In this document: positions 25,044 through 38,039 of the stretch, piece by piece
Position numbering within the stretch: the stretch's first letter is position 1
Layout: every line of letters begins with the position of its first letter
From: Octopus vulgaris
Lineage: Eukaryota
Direction of reading: 5' to 3'
Length of the DNA: 64,000 nucleotides
NCBI GenBank assembly: GCA_951406725.2
Contig: OX597816.1
Span: 45,136,001 to 45,200,000, forward strand
Notes under the pieces: generated by a model
The model's database searches: none
What the model was told of the DNA's origin: nothing
What the model saw: the letters and a program-made list of their open reading frames with translations, nothing else
Made by a program: the position numbers and the translations under genes

Positions 25044-25412
25044 ATTACCTCCGCCTTAGCAAAAGCAGAGGTATTATTTTCAGTTATGTTTGTTTGTTTG
25101 TTTGTCCGTGGACAAGATATCTCAAGAACCACAGGATAGATTTAGATGAAACTTTCAGGGATGTTTGGCCTCCTAATTGGCATGCACTGATTAGATTGTG
25201 GGATCAATCTGGTACCAGACAAAGATTCTGGATTATTTTTCCTTTTTTTTTTTACTTAATTTCTAAGAGTGGCCAGGTTCATTTTTAGTATTCTCATTTG
25301 TGAGAACAGTTGAGTTTATTTCAGATATTCCCATTTTAAAAATCATCTCTGGCTAATCATTGAGAGGACGTTGATATTGCCTTGGCAGAGTTTTGTGCTA
25401 TCTGAATGATCT
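25044..25412 (+). mobile_element. Helentron-associated (DINE-1/HINE-like) non-autonomous element
   Basis: 5' ATTACCTCCGCC...GCAGAGGT, internal (GTTT)n, sub-terminal CCTTGGCAGAG and a degenerate 3' hairpin. Homologous to 43509-43870. Confidence 0.6.
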
Positions 25413-25798
25413 TTTGAAATTACTTTCTCCTTCCAAATGACAACCATCTGCTAGAGCCACTACATATTTACTTAACCTGCAAGAAATTATGTGTGTATAT
25501 GTTCGTATATCTGTGTTTGTCCCCCCAACATCGCTTGACAACCGATGCTGGTGTGTTTATGTCCCCGTAACTTAGCAGTTCAGCAAAAGAGACTGATAGA
25601 ATAAGTACCAGGCTTACAAAGAATAAGTCCTGGGATCGATTTGCTCGACTAAAGGTGGTGCTCCAGCATGCCTACAGTCAAATGACTGAAAAGAGTAAAA
25701 GAGTATATAGGGAGAATTCACAAAACAACAAAAGACGAAGACAGGTGGTGTAGACAACAAAGAGATGTATTAGTTTAACACTTGGGAAGTGAAAAAGT

Positions 25799-25834
25799 CT
25801 TTAACGTTTCGAGCCTACGCTCTTCCACAGAAAG
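25799..25834 (-). ncRNA. Minimal type I hammerhead variant (core CUGUGGA)
   Basis: CUUU-CUGUGGA-A-GAGC(GUAG)GCUC-GAAA-CG-UU-AAAG. Stem III is the palindrome ACGU typical of Penelope-associated hammerheads. Confidence 0.6.
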
Positions 25835-26405
25835 GAACAGAGAAAGAAACAAGGGGAGAAAATAAAGAATGTGTAGTGGCTAGTGATCTATCATGGCAAA
25901 TGCCGGACAAAGGCTAGGAAGAAGGGGAGATAATAAAGTAGTAGTGATCCCAAAATGAAGCTGTGCGTGCGTGTGTACGAGAGAGCATGTATGTGCATGT
26001 GGAAGAGAGCTGGTGACCTTGACATGTGTATGTGTGAGAGGGAGAGAGGAGAGGGAGGGGGGTTAGATGAAAAGGGGAGGAGAATTGAGCCCATGTGGTG
26101 CAAAGGAGCGAAGAGAGAAGACTAATCCCTGTTCATGCCGAAAACATGAGTCCGGATGGCCCGTAGACAGACAGATATATATATATATATAAATAATGAG
26201 TATATATATATATATACTTGTCTTTCAAAGGGCTGGCTTTGTGGCATTCCGTGTCATGCTGAATCTCCTTGAGAACTATATTTAGGGCACATCATGCGTG
26301 GAGTACTCAGCAACTTGCACATTAATTTCACAAGCCGGTTGTTCAATTTATCAGAACAACTAGAACCCTTGTTTTAACCAACCAAGTACAGTATATATAT
26401 ATATA

Positions 26406-26513
26406 CAAAATTAAGAGGAATGACCGCTAAAGTGGACACCCTATATGCTAAACATTGACATCTATGTTTAGCATATAGGGTGTCCACTTTAGTGGTCATT
26501 CCTCTTAATTTTG
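26406..26513. repeat. Inverted repeat, 50-bp arms (1 mismatch), 8-nt loop, abutting (TA)n
   Basis: CAAAATTAAGAGGAATGACC...GCTAAACAT tgacatct ATGTTTAGC...GGTCATTCCTCTTAATTTTG. Confidence 0.95.
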
Positions 26514-26600
26514 AATGTAACACAATTTTTAATCTTTAGATTTTTTAAATATGCTAAGCCACTGGTTTTAATTGATTAATATCAATCCCTACCTTTATTA

Positions 26601-26653
<53 letters not shown>

Positions 26654-27874
26654 ACTTCAGGTACCTGAAAGAAGTCATATTTCACCTTACCAAATATCTC
26701 TCTGTGGCCCTGCTTGTTGATACCCCCTACTGTCAGCCAATACTTCAACTGCTGGTGTCTTCTCACCTAATTTGTGTAATGGTAGTGTTAGTAGTTGTTA
26801 AAGGGTTTGATGGAATACAGATGACATGTTAAGATTTAACAGGCTTCAAATATTCTAATGTTTTTGCTTTTTAGTGTAGTATCATGTCGTTGAACTTGGG
26901 CTAGTTTCAAATTTGATCTGACTTATGATTAGTCATTTTAACTATGACCGTCTCATCTTTTTGTTCCGGGATAATGTTGAGGATTATATTATCTAATGTG
27001 TTTTTTAAGACAGTGGGATATAACTTGAAGAATTTAGTTGTTATTTCTAGCATATCATGCGATCACATAGTGGCTCTCTATAGGTTTTGTGATATTCTGA
27101 GACCCCCTTCGGTCACGACACAGACCATGGGATTGCACCTAGAAAGTTACCCTCCCAGGCACAAGTCTGGGCAAGGTTGTTTATGGAAGACTAGCAGTTG
27201 CCCATGCATATCAGCCTCCCCTCTCCACAAACCAGGGTTATCCAAGGGAAAGGCAACGGCCGATACAGCTTGGCACCTGTGACATCGCAGCTCATTTCTA
27301 CAGCTGAGTGAACTGGAGCAACGTGAAATAAAGAGTCTTGCTCAAGAACACAACAAGCAGCCCAGTCCGGGATTCGAGCTCACAACCTCACGATCGTAAG
27401 CTCGATGCTCTAACCACTGAGTCATGCACCTTCACTGGCTTTGTGATATATATGTACAGTAAAAGGTAAAGATTCCTTTTGATCTTGAATGACCATGGGA
27501 TTGCACCTAGAAATAATATAAGTAAACTGCAGTATAGTACACTGTAATGTAATGTGATGTAGTATGGTGCAATATTGGTGTTGCGCATCTATGTCTACAG
27601 GAAAATTCATGACTAGCAATTCATTTATAAGTATCTCAACTAATTAGTAATGGACTGATTAATGTAATCTCAAAGAAATGGTAAATTATTAATTAATATC
27701 ATGACTTCATCAAAGGGTTAAAAAATAAAAAGTAAATATCTATTACTCTCAAAATTTATTTTGAAGTCGTGTAAACACTATGAAAACTTTGGAAAGCTTT
27801 CATAATGAGATGTTAAAACTGTTTTGTGTACATAGGCCTAATTATCTTTCATAAATATGGCAACTGGTTAATTG

Positions 27875-28095
27875 CATTTTGGTGGATTTGCTATTCTATA
27901 GATTTTGCTAATAAGGGATTTGTTAATCAGTGGATTTACTAATCATTGTATATGCTAAGCAGTAGATTATTATTTAGAAGAATTTTTTTAATCAGTGGAT
28001 TTTTTGTTATCAGTGGATGTGCAATTCTGTGGCTTTGCTAGACAATGGATTTGCTAATTGGTGGATTTTTTAATCAATGGTTTTTACTAATCAAA
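27875..28095. repeat. Degenerate about 20-bp minisatellite (GTGGATTTGCTAATCA-like)
   Basis: GTGGATTT recurs at about 20-bp spacing. Confidence 0.7.
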
Positions 28096-28161
28096 TGGAA
28101 AAATCCAGTTACAAGATAACAACACTTGCAATTTAGGAGTAGGCTATGACCATTAGGTAAA

Positions 28162-29065
28162 CAAGGTGATATCAAAAACTTCTTGGACTAGTTCTGTAGC
28201 ATGCCAACAGATGGCAGCACACAGTTGTGTGCATGGTGAGAGCTAGCAGTGACCTTCATGAGGCAGAGTGCTGAGTGACATTGCTGTGTTTACTTTGCAA
28301 GTTGAGAAATTTGTGTTTTTGTGATCACATGTATGCTGTAGTCTGTGATTTTGTCATAGACAAGAATTTGGAAAAAAGAGCCAAACTGGAATTTTGCATT
28401 AAACTTGGGAAGTCAGCTACAGAGACATTGAGCATGCTATGACCCTGAAATGAAGCAGCAATCATCACAAAGGAAGAGTCCTTCATCTCCACAACCAAAG
28501 AAGGCATGACAGAGCCACAGCTCAATCATTTTTTAAAATCATGCTCATCATATTTTCCATGTCTGCAATATTGTGCACTGAGAGTTCGTTCCCCAGGGCC
28601 AAACCATCAATTGAGAGTTGCACTGTGACATTTTGAAACATTTGAAAGAGAAGACATTCAGCGAAAGTGACTGGATCTGTGGAGTGCAAAGAATTGGATT
28701 CTTCACAATGACAATGCTCCCTGTCACCAAACTTTCCACACACATGAGTTTCTCACCAAAAACAACATGGTATCACTTCTGCATCCACATTATTCACCAG
28801 ATTAGTACCTGTGGATTTCCATCTCTTCCCAAAGAATAAAAATGCTGTTTTAATACCGTTGTCAAGATCCTGAGTGAATTGCAGAAGGTCCTCAATATCC
28901 TTACGGAAAATGAATTTCAGGCTGGATTTCAAAAGTGGCAGAAATGCTGGACCTTTATATAGCTGTGCGAGCTGACTATCTCGAAGGAGATAATGTTATA
29001 ACTTAGGTAAATAAATTATTCTTTAATAAACATAACTAGTCTGGAAACTTTTTGATATCACCTCG
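28162..29065 (+). mobile_element. Decayed, internally deleted mariner (Tc1/mariner) DNA transposon
   Basis: TIRs CAAGGTGATATCAAAAACTT... / ...AACTTTTTGATATCACCTCG. Transposase relics FCIKLGKSATETLSML, WILHNDNAPCH and HPHYSPD (YSPDLAP motif). Confidence 0.88.
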
Positions 29066-29527
29066 TCAACTTTGCCTTTCATCCTCTCGAGGTCGAGAAA
29101 TTAAGTACCAGTTACACACTGGGGTCAATATAATCGACTTAATAATCCTTTTGTCGGTCCTTGTTTGTCCACTCTATGTTTAGCCCCTTGTGGGTAGTAA
29201 AGAAATAAAATAATGGGATTACTCTTTCTCCACCTTCCATCATAACTTCTTGACCCAACAAGGGAACCTCAACATGGCCATTCAAACTGCAAGAAATAAC
29301 AACCAAATTTCCATCAAATTTAACTCTCCTGTCTCAACACTTTTGATACGAACTTGCCTGAGACAACTGCTAGTTCTATACTACAAACTTACTGTTTTAA
29401 AGAGATCTAAACTAATTCACCCATTAAAATTACATGTAAATTTATGTTTCCAACATCAGAAAAATAATGATAGTTATTGTACAAAATGGCAGTGTGTTTC
29501 AATAGATATATGGTACCAAAGGGTTAA

Positions 29528-29835
29528 GGAGGCACAATGGCCCAGTGGTTAGGCAGCGGACTCGCAGTCGGAGGATCATGGTTTTGATTCCCAGACTGGG
29601 GGTTGGGTGTGTTTATTGAGCGAAAACACTTAAAGCTCCACGAGGCTCCGGCAGGGGGTGGTGGCAACTCCTGTTGTACTCTTTCGCCCCAACTTTCTCT
29701 CACTCTTTCTTCCTGTTTCTTGAATAATGCTGCAATGGACTGGCGTCCCGTCCAGCTGGGGGGAACACATATGCCATAGAAACTGGGAAACCGGGCCCAT
29801 GAACCTGGCTAGGCTGGAAAAGGGTGCATAAATAA
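29528..29835 (+). mobile_element. tRNA-derived SINE ('family C')
   Basis: GGAGGCACAATGGCCCAGTGGTTAGG...TTTGATTCCC head. Relatives at 2640-2832 (-) and 60352-60655 (+). Confidence 0.85.
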
Positions 29836-30577
29836 AATTTTAAAAAACTCAAAGAGTTAAACACTGTATATTCTAGTCAGAGATACATTCAAAGAGACAG
29901 GATGGTCATGACAGGAAAGCCTTTAATTACAGGCCTTTGATTAGATTTGAACTTAGGGTATGGAGCAAGGAAACTGAAAAGGAGCAAGGAAACTGAAATG
30001 CTGTGATGTATTTAGGTGTGTACACTGCTGTTTTTGTATGACATGGCATCCTACCACCTTACAACAGCAGTGGCTGCAACAACAAATAACAACAACAAAA
30101 ATATGAAATGTCAGTAAAGAGTTACAAAAGTAATGGCATTATAAAAACAACAACAATAACAACAACAACAATAGCAATAACAATGACAGCAAGGATAGTA
30201 ATAACATGAACAGCAATTACCCAAAAAACAAAATAAACAGTGAAAAGCAAAAATAATATATATATGTATATATGTAAATAATATATATATATATATAAAA
30301 CAGATGTATTATATATATATATATATAAAACAAATGCATAACCCCTCAATATACTTATCAGGATTTAATATCAACAACAACAATTTTATGAAATACAATA
30401 ACAACAACAACAATATGGACAACAGCAACAAAGACATATCAGAATACTACAGACACCAATATGTCATGCTTCAATCCAATCTCTGAGGATTTTCATCTAT
30501 TATTATAAGATGAATTACATAAAGGGAAAATTATTATCATATACATACATACATATATATATATATATGTAAATATA

Positions 30578-30654
<77 letters not shown>

Positions 30655-30798
30655 ACATATATATATATATATGTATGTATATATTTATATATATATATAA
30701 CGGGAAGCTTTATGAAAATAAACAAAAGACGAAGGCAGGTGGAATACAAACATATATATATATGTATGTATACATATATATATATGTATGTATATATT

Positions 30799-30829
<31 letters not shown>

Positions 30830-30878
30830 CTATATATCTATATATATATATATGTCTGTATATATTTATATATATATG

Positions 30879-30911
<33 letters not shown>

Positions 30912-30914
30912 ATG

Positions 30915-30947
<33 letters not shown>

Positions 30948-31563
30948 ATTCATAAGCATAAATATACACACAAACACACACATATGCATATAAATATACG
31001 AGCCAACAGAGAAGACCACTCAATCTATTGGGTAGATTGTAATACTCGTTAATACATGAACGCTTGCAACAACAAAAAACAAAATACAACATGCAAATGG
31101 GTATTATGTATGCAATGGTAATTCTGAAGATATTCTGTTTAATGAACGACGGTAATTGATGTACAAGGCATGCTAGCTACAACAACAAGCCTACAACGAA
31201 TGGAAATAAAAGAGAACAAAACAAAAATAACAAAAACAAAAACACAGTTAATTGCATTTGCCATAAGCCCCTTACATTAATAATTAATGAATGAAATATG
31301 AACTTCAGGATAGACTCAGTTTTTTTTAATATTTTTTTTGTTTTCTAAACTTCAGTTCATAATTCATTGTTCAATATTTTAAATTATCATCCTATTAGTA
31401 ATAAGGGTTTTACAATTGCTGGGTTTGGTTTGGTTTGGTTTCATAGTTATTATTATTATTATCATTATTATTATTATTATCATCATCATCATTGTCGTTA
31501 ATAAAGTTATTTGTATTTTTATTTGTAAGTATATCTTAATATTAAAAAGATGTATGACATATA

Positions 31564-31597
<34 letters not shown>

Positions 31598-31852
31598 CTA
31601 TTATCCTTACTATCATTATTATTAAGGCTGCAAGCCTTAATAATAACTTATTATTAAGTTATTATTAGTGCTTAGCGAAATGCTTAGCGGTATCTTGTCT
31701 GCTGTTTCGTTCTGAGTTCGAATTCTGCCAAGGTCAACTTTGCCTTTCATCCTTTAGGGGTTCATAAATTAAGTGCCAGCTGACTACTGGGGTCGATGTA
31801 ACTGACTATCTCCCTCCCCGCAATTTCAGGCCTTGTGCCTATTGTAGAAAGG

Positions 31853-31890
<38 letters not shown>

Positions 31891-33436
31891 TATTAGTATT
31901 AGTAAGGTGGTAAGTTGGCAGAATTATTGTCGTTATAATTCCTCCTCATCATCATCATCGTTTAATGTCCGCTTTCCATGCTAGCATGGTTAGGACAGTT
32001 TGAGTGATCTGGCAGAATTTCTATAGCTGGATGCCCTTCATAATGCCAACCACTCCAAGAGTGTAGTGGGTGCTTTTATATGCCAGCAAGGCGACGCTGG
32101 TAACGATCAATATAAATATGATGCTTATAATTCTTTTTTTTTTTTGTAAGTATTTGAGTGTTAGTTAATTGTTTGTGTTGTATTAAATCTTTACACTGCA
32201 ATTTTGCCAAATTTTCTAACAGAGTTAGCTACAGTTTTTAGAGTTATTTTCCCTTTACCCCAACATTGAGCATTCTTATTGTCTATTTTATGTTGATAAC
32301 TTCTTAACTTTTTTAACAATACATTCTTCATATAATCCTGTTATTTTGTTATTATCAATATTTAAGCTTTGCCATCCATGCTAGTGGAGCGCTAAGAGTA
32401 CCATCCGAGCATGATCATTGCCAGAGCAACAAGCTGGCCTCCGTGCCAGTAACACATAAAAAACACCATTTGAATGTGATCGTTACCAGCGTTGCCTTAC
32501 TCGCATTTGTGCTGGTGGCACATGAAAAAACATTTGAGTGAGGTCGTTTCTGGAGCCGCTGGACTGGCTCCTGTGCAGGTGGCACATAAAAAGCACCATT
32601 TGAGCGTGGCTGTTGCCAGTACCGCCTGACTGGCCCTCATACCGGTGGCACATAAAAGCACCCACCACACTCTCAGAGTGGTTGGCATTAGGAAGGACAT
32701 CCAGTTGTAGAATCTCTGCCAGATCAGATTGGAGTCTGGTGCAGCCATCTGGTTTGCCAGTCCTCAATCAAATTGTCCAACCCATACTAGCATGGAAAGC
32801 AGACGTTAAACGATGATGATGATGATGATAAGTAACATAACTCAGTACCAATATGCAATGCTCTTTCCTTTTGAACAATGCTTACAGTCTTCCTTAATCT
32901 ACGTTGGTCATTTAGAGAGGACCCTTTAACCATTTAGCATTAAAAGAAATGCATATTAGCTCACATTCTTTTGAATCAGTTGATCATGCATCATCTTGTA
33001 ACTTTGATATTTCAATAATGTGACTGATTACTATTAGAATGACATTGTAGGGTAGGTGTGAGAGGCCAAATCTGATTGGTTTAAACATAAAGCAAGTTGA
33101 ATATTTGGATCTGATATGGCCGGTTTGAATGCTAAAAGGTAAAAAGCATGTTTTTTACTCAGTGTATTCTAAGTGGCTGTGTAAGCTGCAGAGATATGTA
33201 TTCTCTACTTCCTGTTCAACTGCTATATAAAAATGCGGGTGAATCTTGATAGCAGCTCAGGTGAGTTTTGCCAATACAGGTGAAATATGATCACACATGG
33301 TAGCATGGTGACAAGTAAATAGTAACATCTATGCCAATGTTTCTCAAGATGTTACTATGTTACTTCAGGAGGGAGTACAGTTCAGTAACAGGTGAATAAA
33401 TCTTGCAATAAAGATTTAATTCAAAATTCTTTTGTG

Positions 33437-33513
<77 letters not shown>

Positions 33514-33874
33514 CGCCTCGAGTGGCTTCCGTGCTGGTGGCACGTAAATTGCACCAATCCGACCGTGGCCGTTGCCAGCCTCGCCTGGCACCTGTGCGGG
33601 TGGCACGTAAAAAGCACCCACTACACTCACGGAGTGGTTGGCGTTAGGAAGGGCATCCAGCTGTAGAAACATTGCCAGATAAGACTGGAGCCTGGTGCAT
33701 CCTTCTGGCTTCCCAGATCCCCGGTCGAACCGTCCAACCCATGCTAGCATGGAGAATGGACGTTAAACGATGATGATGATGATGATGATGATCTATATAT
33801 ATATATATATGTGTGTGTGAGTGTGTGTGTGTGTATGTGTGTCTGTGTGTGTGTATGTATGTGTGTCTACACAC

Positions 33875-34410
33875 GTATACGACATAAGGACTACAGTGAA
33901 GTCACTTGGGATGGATCCAGAATACATAGAAGCCCTTGCTTTGGATTGAGTTGGATGGTGAGCAAAAGTGTGGAGTGGAATGAAAGCATTTGAAGAGGCC
34001 TGGATAAAGCATGTAAGACTCAAAAGAAATCTGAAGAAGAATGTTATGACCGAGAAGGTGAATGACAATGACCTTTTTGTGTGAACAGTTTTGCTGGACT
34101 CAAATCTCATTTGCAAGCCAGTGGAAAACGAACCTCCACCAACTATTCTGCCTATATGACAGTGCAGACCTTTGAATGCAGTGTATGCCAGAAGGTTTGC
34201 AAATCTAATAGAGGCCTCAAAAGACATTTTAAGACCCACAAGGATCAGAACTTATCTGCCACTCTTGGTGGTCCAAATAGGATGTGCAATCTATGTGGGT
34301 GTCTCTTTTCAAAACATTGTCTGATTTAAAAAGCCACATCAGATAGCATGATGGTGCTAAGATGTAGGTACAGGAGATGGTCAAACTCTGCATAAGGAGT
34401 AGACAACCAC
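33875..34410 (+). mobile_element. Degenerate RTE-clade LINE 3' end with C2H2 zinc-finger remnants
   Basis: TVKSLGMDPEYIEALALD*VGW*AKVWSGMKAFEE (stops consistent with CGA>TGA), then SFAGLKSHL and CSVCQKVCKSNRGLKRHFKTH. Confidence 0.75.
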
Positions 34411-34629
34411 CATATGTGCATACACAAACACACACACACCCACATACCCTCCCACACACACGCACGCATGCACAAACACACATACTAACTTTGGCCATTT
34501 ATGATAAAAAACACCTCTTTTTGGAAACTTGAAGTGGTATAAGAGACAAAAAAATGAATGAGAAATATTGCACTACACCACTGACCGCTGTCATTACTAA
34601 CTTCCTCATGATTATCAATATCATCGCGG

Positions 34630-35345
34630 AGGCAGCAAGCTAGCAGAATCGTTAGCACACTAGATGAAATGCTAATGCTTAGTGGTATATCGCCCGTTGC
34701 TATGTTCTGAGTTCAAATTCCACCAAGTTCAATTTTGCCTTTTGTCTTTTCAGGGTCAATGAAACAAGTACCAGTTACACACTGGGGTCAATTTAATCGA
34801 CTTGCCCCTCCCTTCCCCAATAGTTTCGGGTCTTGTGCCTTTAGTAGAAAGGATTATTAATACCTATTTCTTTACTACACACAAGGGGCTAAACATAGAG
34901 GGGACAAACATGGACAGACATAGATATTAAGTCGATTATATCGACCCCAGTGCGTAACTGGTACTTTATTTATCAACCCCGAAAGGATAAAAGGCAAAGT
35001 CGACCTCGGCGGAATTTGAACTCGGAACGTAAAGACAGACGAAATACCGCTATGCATTTCGCCCGGCGTGCTAACGTTTCTGCCAGCTTGCCACCTTATA
35101 TTATTAATACCTATTTCTTTACTACACACAAGGGGTTAAACACAGAAGGGACAAACAAAGACAGACAAACAGATTAAGTCGATTATATCGACCCCAGTGC
35201 ATAACTGGTACTTAATTTATCGACCCCGAGAGGATGAAAGGCAAAGTTGACCTTGGCGGAATTTGAACTCAGAAAGTAGCGGCAGATGAAATACCGCTAA
35301 GCATTTCACCTGGCGTGCTAACGTTTCTACCAGCTTGCTGCCTTC
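34630..35345. mobile_element. Cluster of three family A SINEs (+, -, -)
   Basis: 34630-34860 plus; 34862-35098 and 35108-35345 minus. Confidence 0.88.
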
Positions 35346-35417
35346 GATTATTAATACCATCACCTTTATTACTGGTATTACCATTACTATTATTAATATC
35401 ACTACCGTCATTTGTCT

Positions 35418-35880
35418 CTAGTTACTTATAGTATTACTAAATAAATTGTAACACTCACTCTTTATAGCCTCAACTTCTAATTTCGTCAACCAACGCCCTT
35501 TCTTATTGTGCTTGCTGATATTGTCCACGTGGCTGAATATTTGTCTTTTCTGATTAGCTATTCTTTGTTCAGTGTAGGTCGTATCTGGGTACAATTGTTT
35601 CCAATAACGATACATTGATCGCCTACATGAGGTTGGTGTATTTACAACGGCCCTGAAGTAACATCGGACAACATCTATTTTCATTTTCTTCGTCCATCGT
35701 TGTCTGTGTCTTGCTGCTTTGTACTTTTGACGAGTTCTCTTTTGTGCTGGCATATCTTAAGAAGACAAATGGCTATCCATAACTCTATGAATTTCTGATC
35801 ACGATTGATTGTATGAATCCTAGTACAGAATCTATCTAATAAAATACGCCACATTCTTATTTTGCAGGAACTTAATATTT
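35418..35880 (-). mobile_element. 5' portion (UTR and N-terminal domain) of an R4/Dong-clade RLE non-LTR retrotransposon
   Basis: ORF 35418-35753: RQRWT...VVRCYF...RRSMYRYW...TEQRIANQKRQI...WLTKLEVEAIK resembles the R4/Dong N-terminal motif (RxxWT...CY...YRxRM..W...EQRLADQxRxI...LSxxE). No RT follows. Confidence 0.7.
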
Positions 35881-35920
35881 AACTGTGTGTGCATGTGTGT
35901 GTGCATACGTGTGTGAACTT

Positions 35921-36124
35921 ATTCTGTATTTGTGGATTAACAAGGCAACCAATGGTTTCATGTGGACATGGTCTCCACAATTGTTTCAGCTCACCATTTG
36001 AGAGTGTTGGTTCTCAGCTCTCAACCTGAAGATGAGTTCCAGCATTGCCCAGTGGTGAGCTTGAACAACCGTGGAAACCTCTTTCACATGAAACTGTTGG
36101 TTGCCTTGTTAATCCACAAAGAAT
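35921..36124. repeat. Diverged palindrome (about 90-bp arms) with a possible hammerhead relic
   Basis: TTTGTGGATTAACAAGGCAACC... / ...GGTTGCCTTGTTAATCCACAAA; flanked by TG and TA microsatellites. Confidence 0.8.
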
Positions 36125-36170
36125 ATTTAACAAAGTGGTGTTGAGCACTCATTCTCACTGTTCAATACTA

Positions 36171-36210
<40 letters not shown>

Positions 36211-36559
36211 ATGTGTGTGTGTGTGTGTACTCATGTATGTACTATGCATATATGTGCATGAGTGTATGTATCTGTGTGCTTGATACATTTGTGCTTCTCT
36301 AAAAATTATCAAGCTACAAGCAGTGACGTGTTATCTTTTTCCCTGTCAACCAATCATATGTAGTGTTTGCACCTTCATAAATAAGAAATCTCTGACTTGA
36401 AAAAAAAAACAAACACAAAAACAGATAAGGGTTAGAGACAAAAAAGCATCCAGACTGTTGTAAGTCAATACCTCAGTAATATATCCATCAAATTTATGCT
36501 AGTTTAGAAAAATGGACATAAAAATGAGTGAATAAGAAAATTAATCATTATTATTATTA

Positions 36560-36608
<49 letters not shown>

Positions 36609-37106
36609 CATGGGGTCAATGTAATAGACTTACTTCCGCCCCTGTGCCAAAATTTGAAATCATTATTATTATTATTATTGTTATTATTATTATTATTATC
36701 ATGGGGTCAATGTAATAGACTTACTTCCGCCCCTGTGCCAAAATTTGAAATCATTATTATTATTATTATCATTATTATTATTATTATTATTATTGGTGCA
36801 GCCTTCTGGCTTCCCAGATCCCCGGTCGAACCGTCCAACCCATGCTAGCATGGAGAACGGACGTTAAACGATGATGATGATGATGATGATGATTATTATT
36901 ATTATAATTATTATTATTATTATCAAATGCTTAGCAGCATTTTGTTCCGCCTTAAATTCTAAGATCAAATTCTGCCAAGATCATCTTTGCCTTTCATCCT
37001 TTCAGGATCCGTAAGTTAAGTACCAGTAAAACAGTGAGGGTTGATGCAATCGACTAGTCCCCTCCATGCAAATTTCAGGCCTTGTGCCTTTAGTAGAAAG
37101 GATTAT

Positions 37107-37138
<32 letters not shown>

Positions 37139-37380
37139 TTATCACTAAGGCAAAATGCTTTTCAGTATTTCTTCCAGCATTATGTTCTGAATGGAAGGCA
37201 GCGAGCTGGCAGAAATGTTAGCACGTCAGGCGAAATGCTTAGTGGTATTTCATCTGTCTTTACGTTCTGAGTTCAAATTCCGCCGAGGTTGACTTTGCCT
37301 TTCATTATTTCAGGGTCAATAAATGAAGTACCAGTTGCATACTGGGGTCGATCTAATCAACTGCTCCCCCCCCCCCCCCT

Positions 37381-37590
37381 CATGCTCGATACCGAGAACT
37401 CGCCAAATTCACTCGCCGCTTCGTGCCTCGTCGATAACACACGGACACACACACTCGTGGTCTTCGTCGTACTCAGACTTACTCCCCGGCAATAAACCGG
37501 CCGTGCTCGTACTCGTGCTCGATACCGAGAACTCACCCCCAGAACTCGCCGCTTCGTGCCTCATCGATAACACACGGACACACACACTCT
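37381..37590. repeat. CpG-rich insertion with about 75-bp direct repeats (period about 132 bp) inside a SINE
   Basis: TGCTCGATACCGAGAACTC...GATAACACACGGACACACACACTC at 37383 and 37515. Confidence 0.9.
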
Positions 37591-38039
37591 TGTACCTAGA
37601 GTAGAAAAGATTATGTTCAGAATGGAACTGTCACCAAGGCCAACTTTGCTTCTTTTGGGATTGATAAAATAAGAACCAGTCCAGTACTGGGATCAATGCA
37701 ATCAACTAGCCCCCACCTGCCAAATTTCAGGCCTTGTGCCTATAGCAGACAGGATCATCATCATCATCATCATCATTAAGGCAGCAAGCTGGCAGAAATG
37801 TTAGCATGCCAGGCAAAATGCTTAGCAGTATTTCATCTGTCTTTACGTTCTGAGTTCAAATTCAGACAAGGTTGACTTCACCTTTTATCCTTTCGGGGCT
37901 ATTGAAATAAGTACCTGTTAAACACTGAGGTCATTTTGATTGACTTACACCTTCCCCCAAAATTTCAAGCCTTGTGCATTACCCACTCCCCAAAATTGCT
38001 GGCCTTGTGCCAAAATTTGAAACTATTATTATTATTATT

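Noticed and set aside
34081-34329. Host C2H2 zinc-finger gene
   Set aside because: Contiguous with a stop-riddled RTE C-terminus and 3'UTR, so it is transposon-derived.
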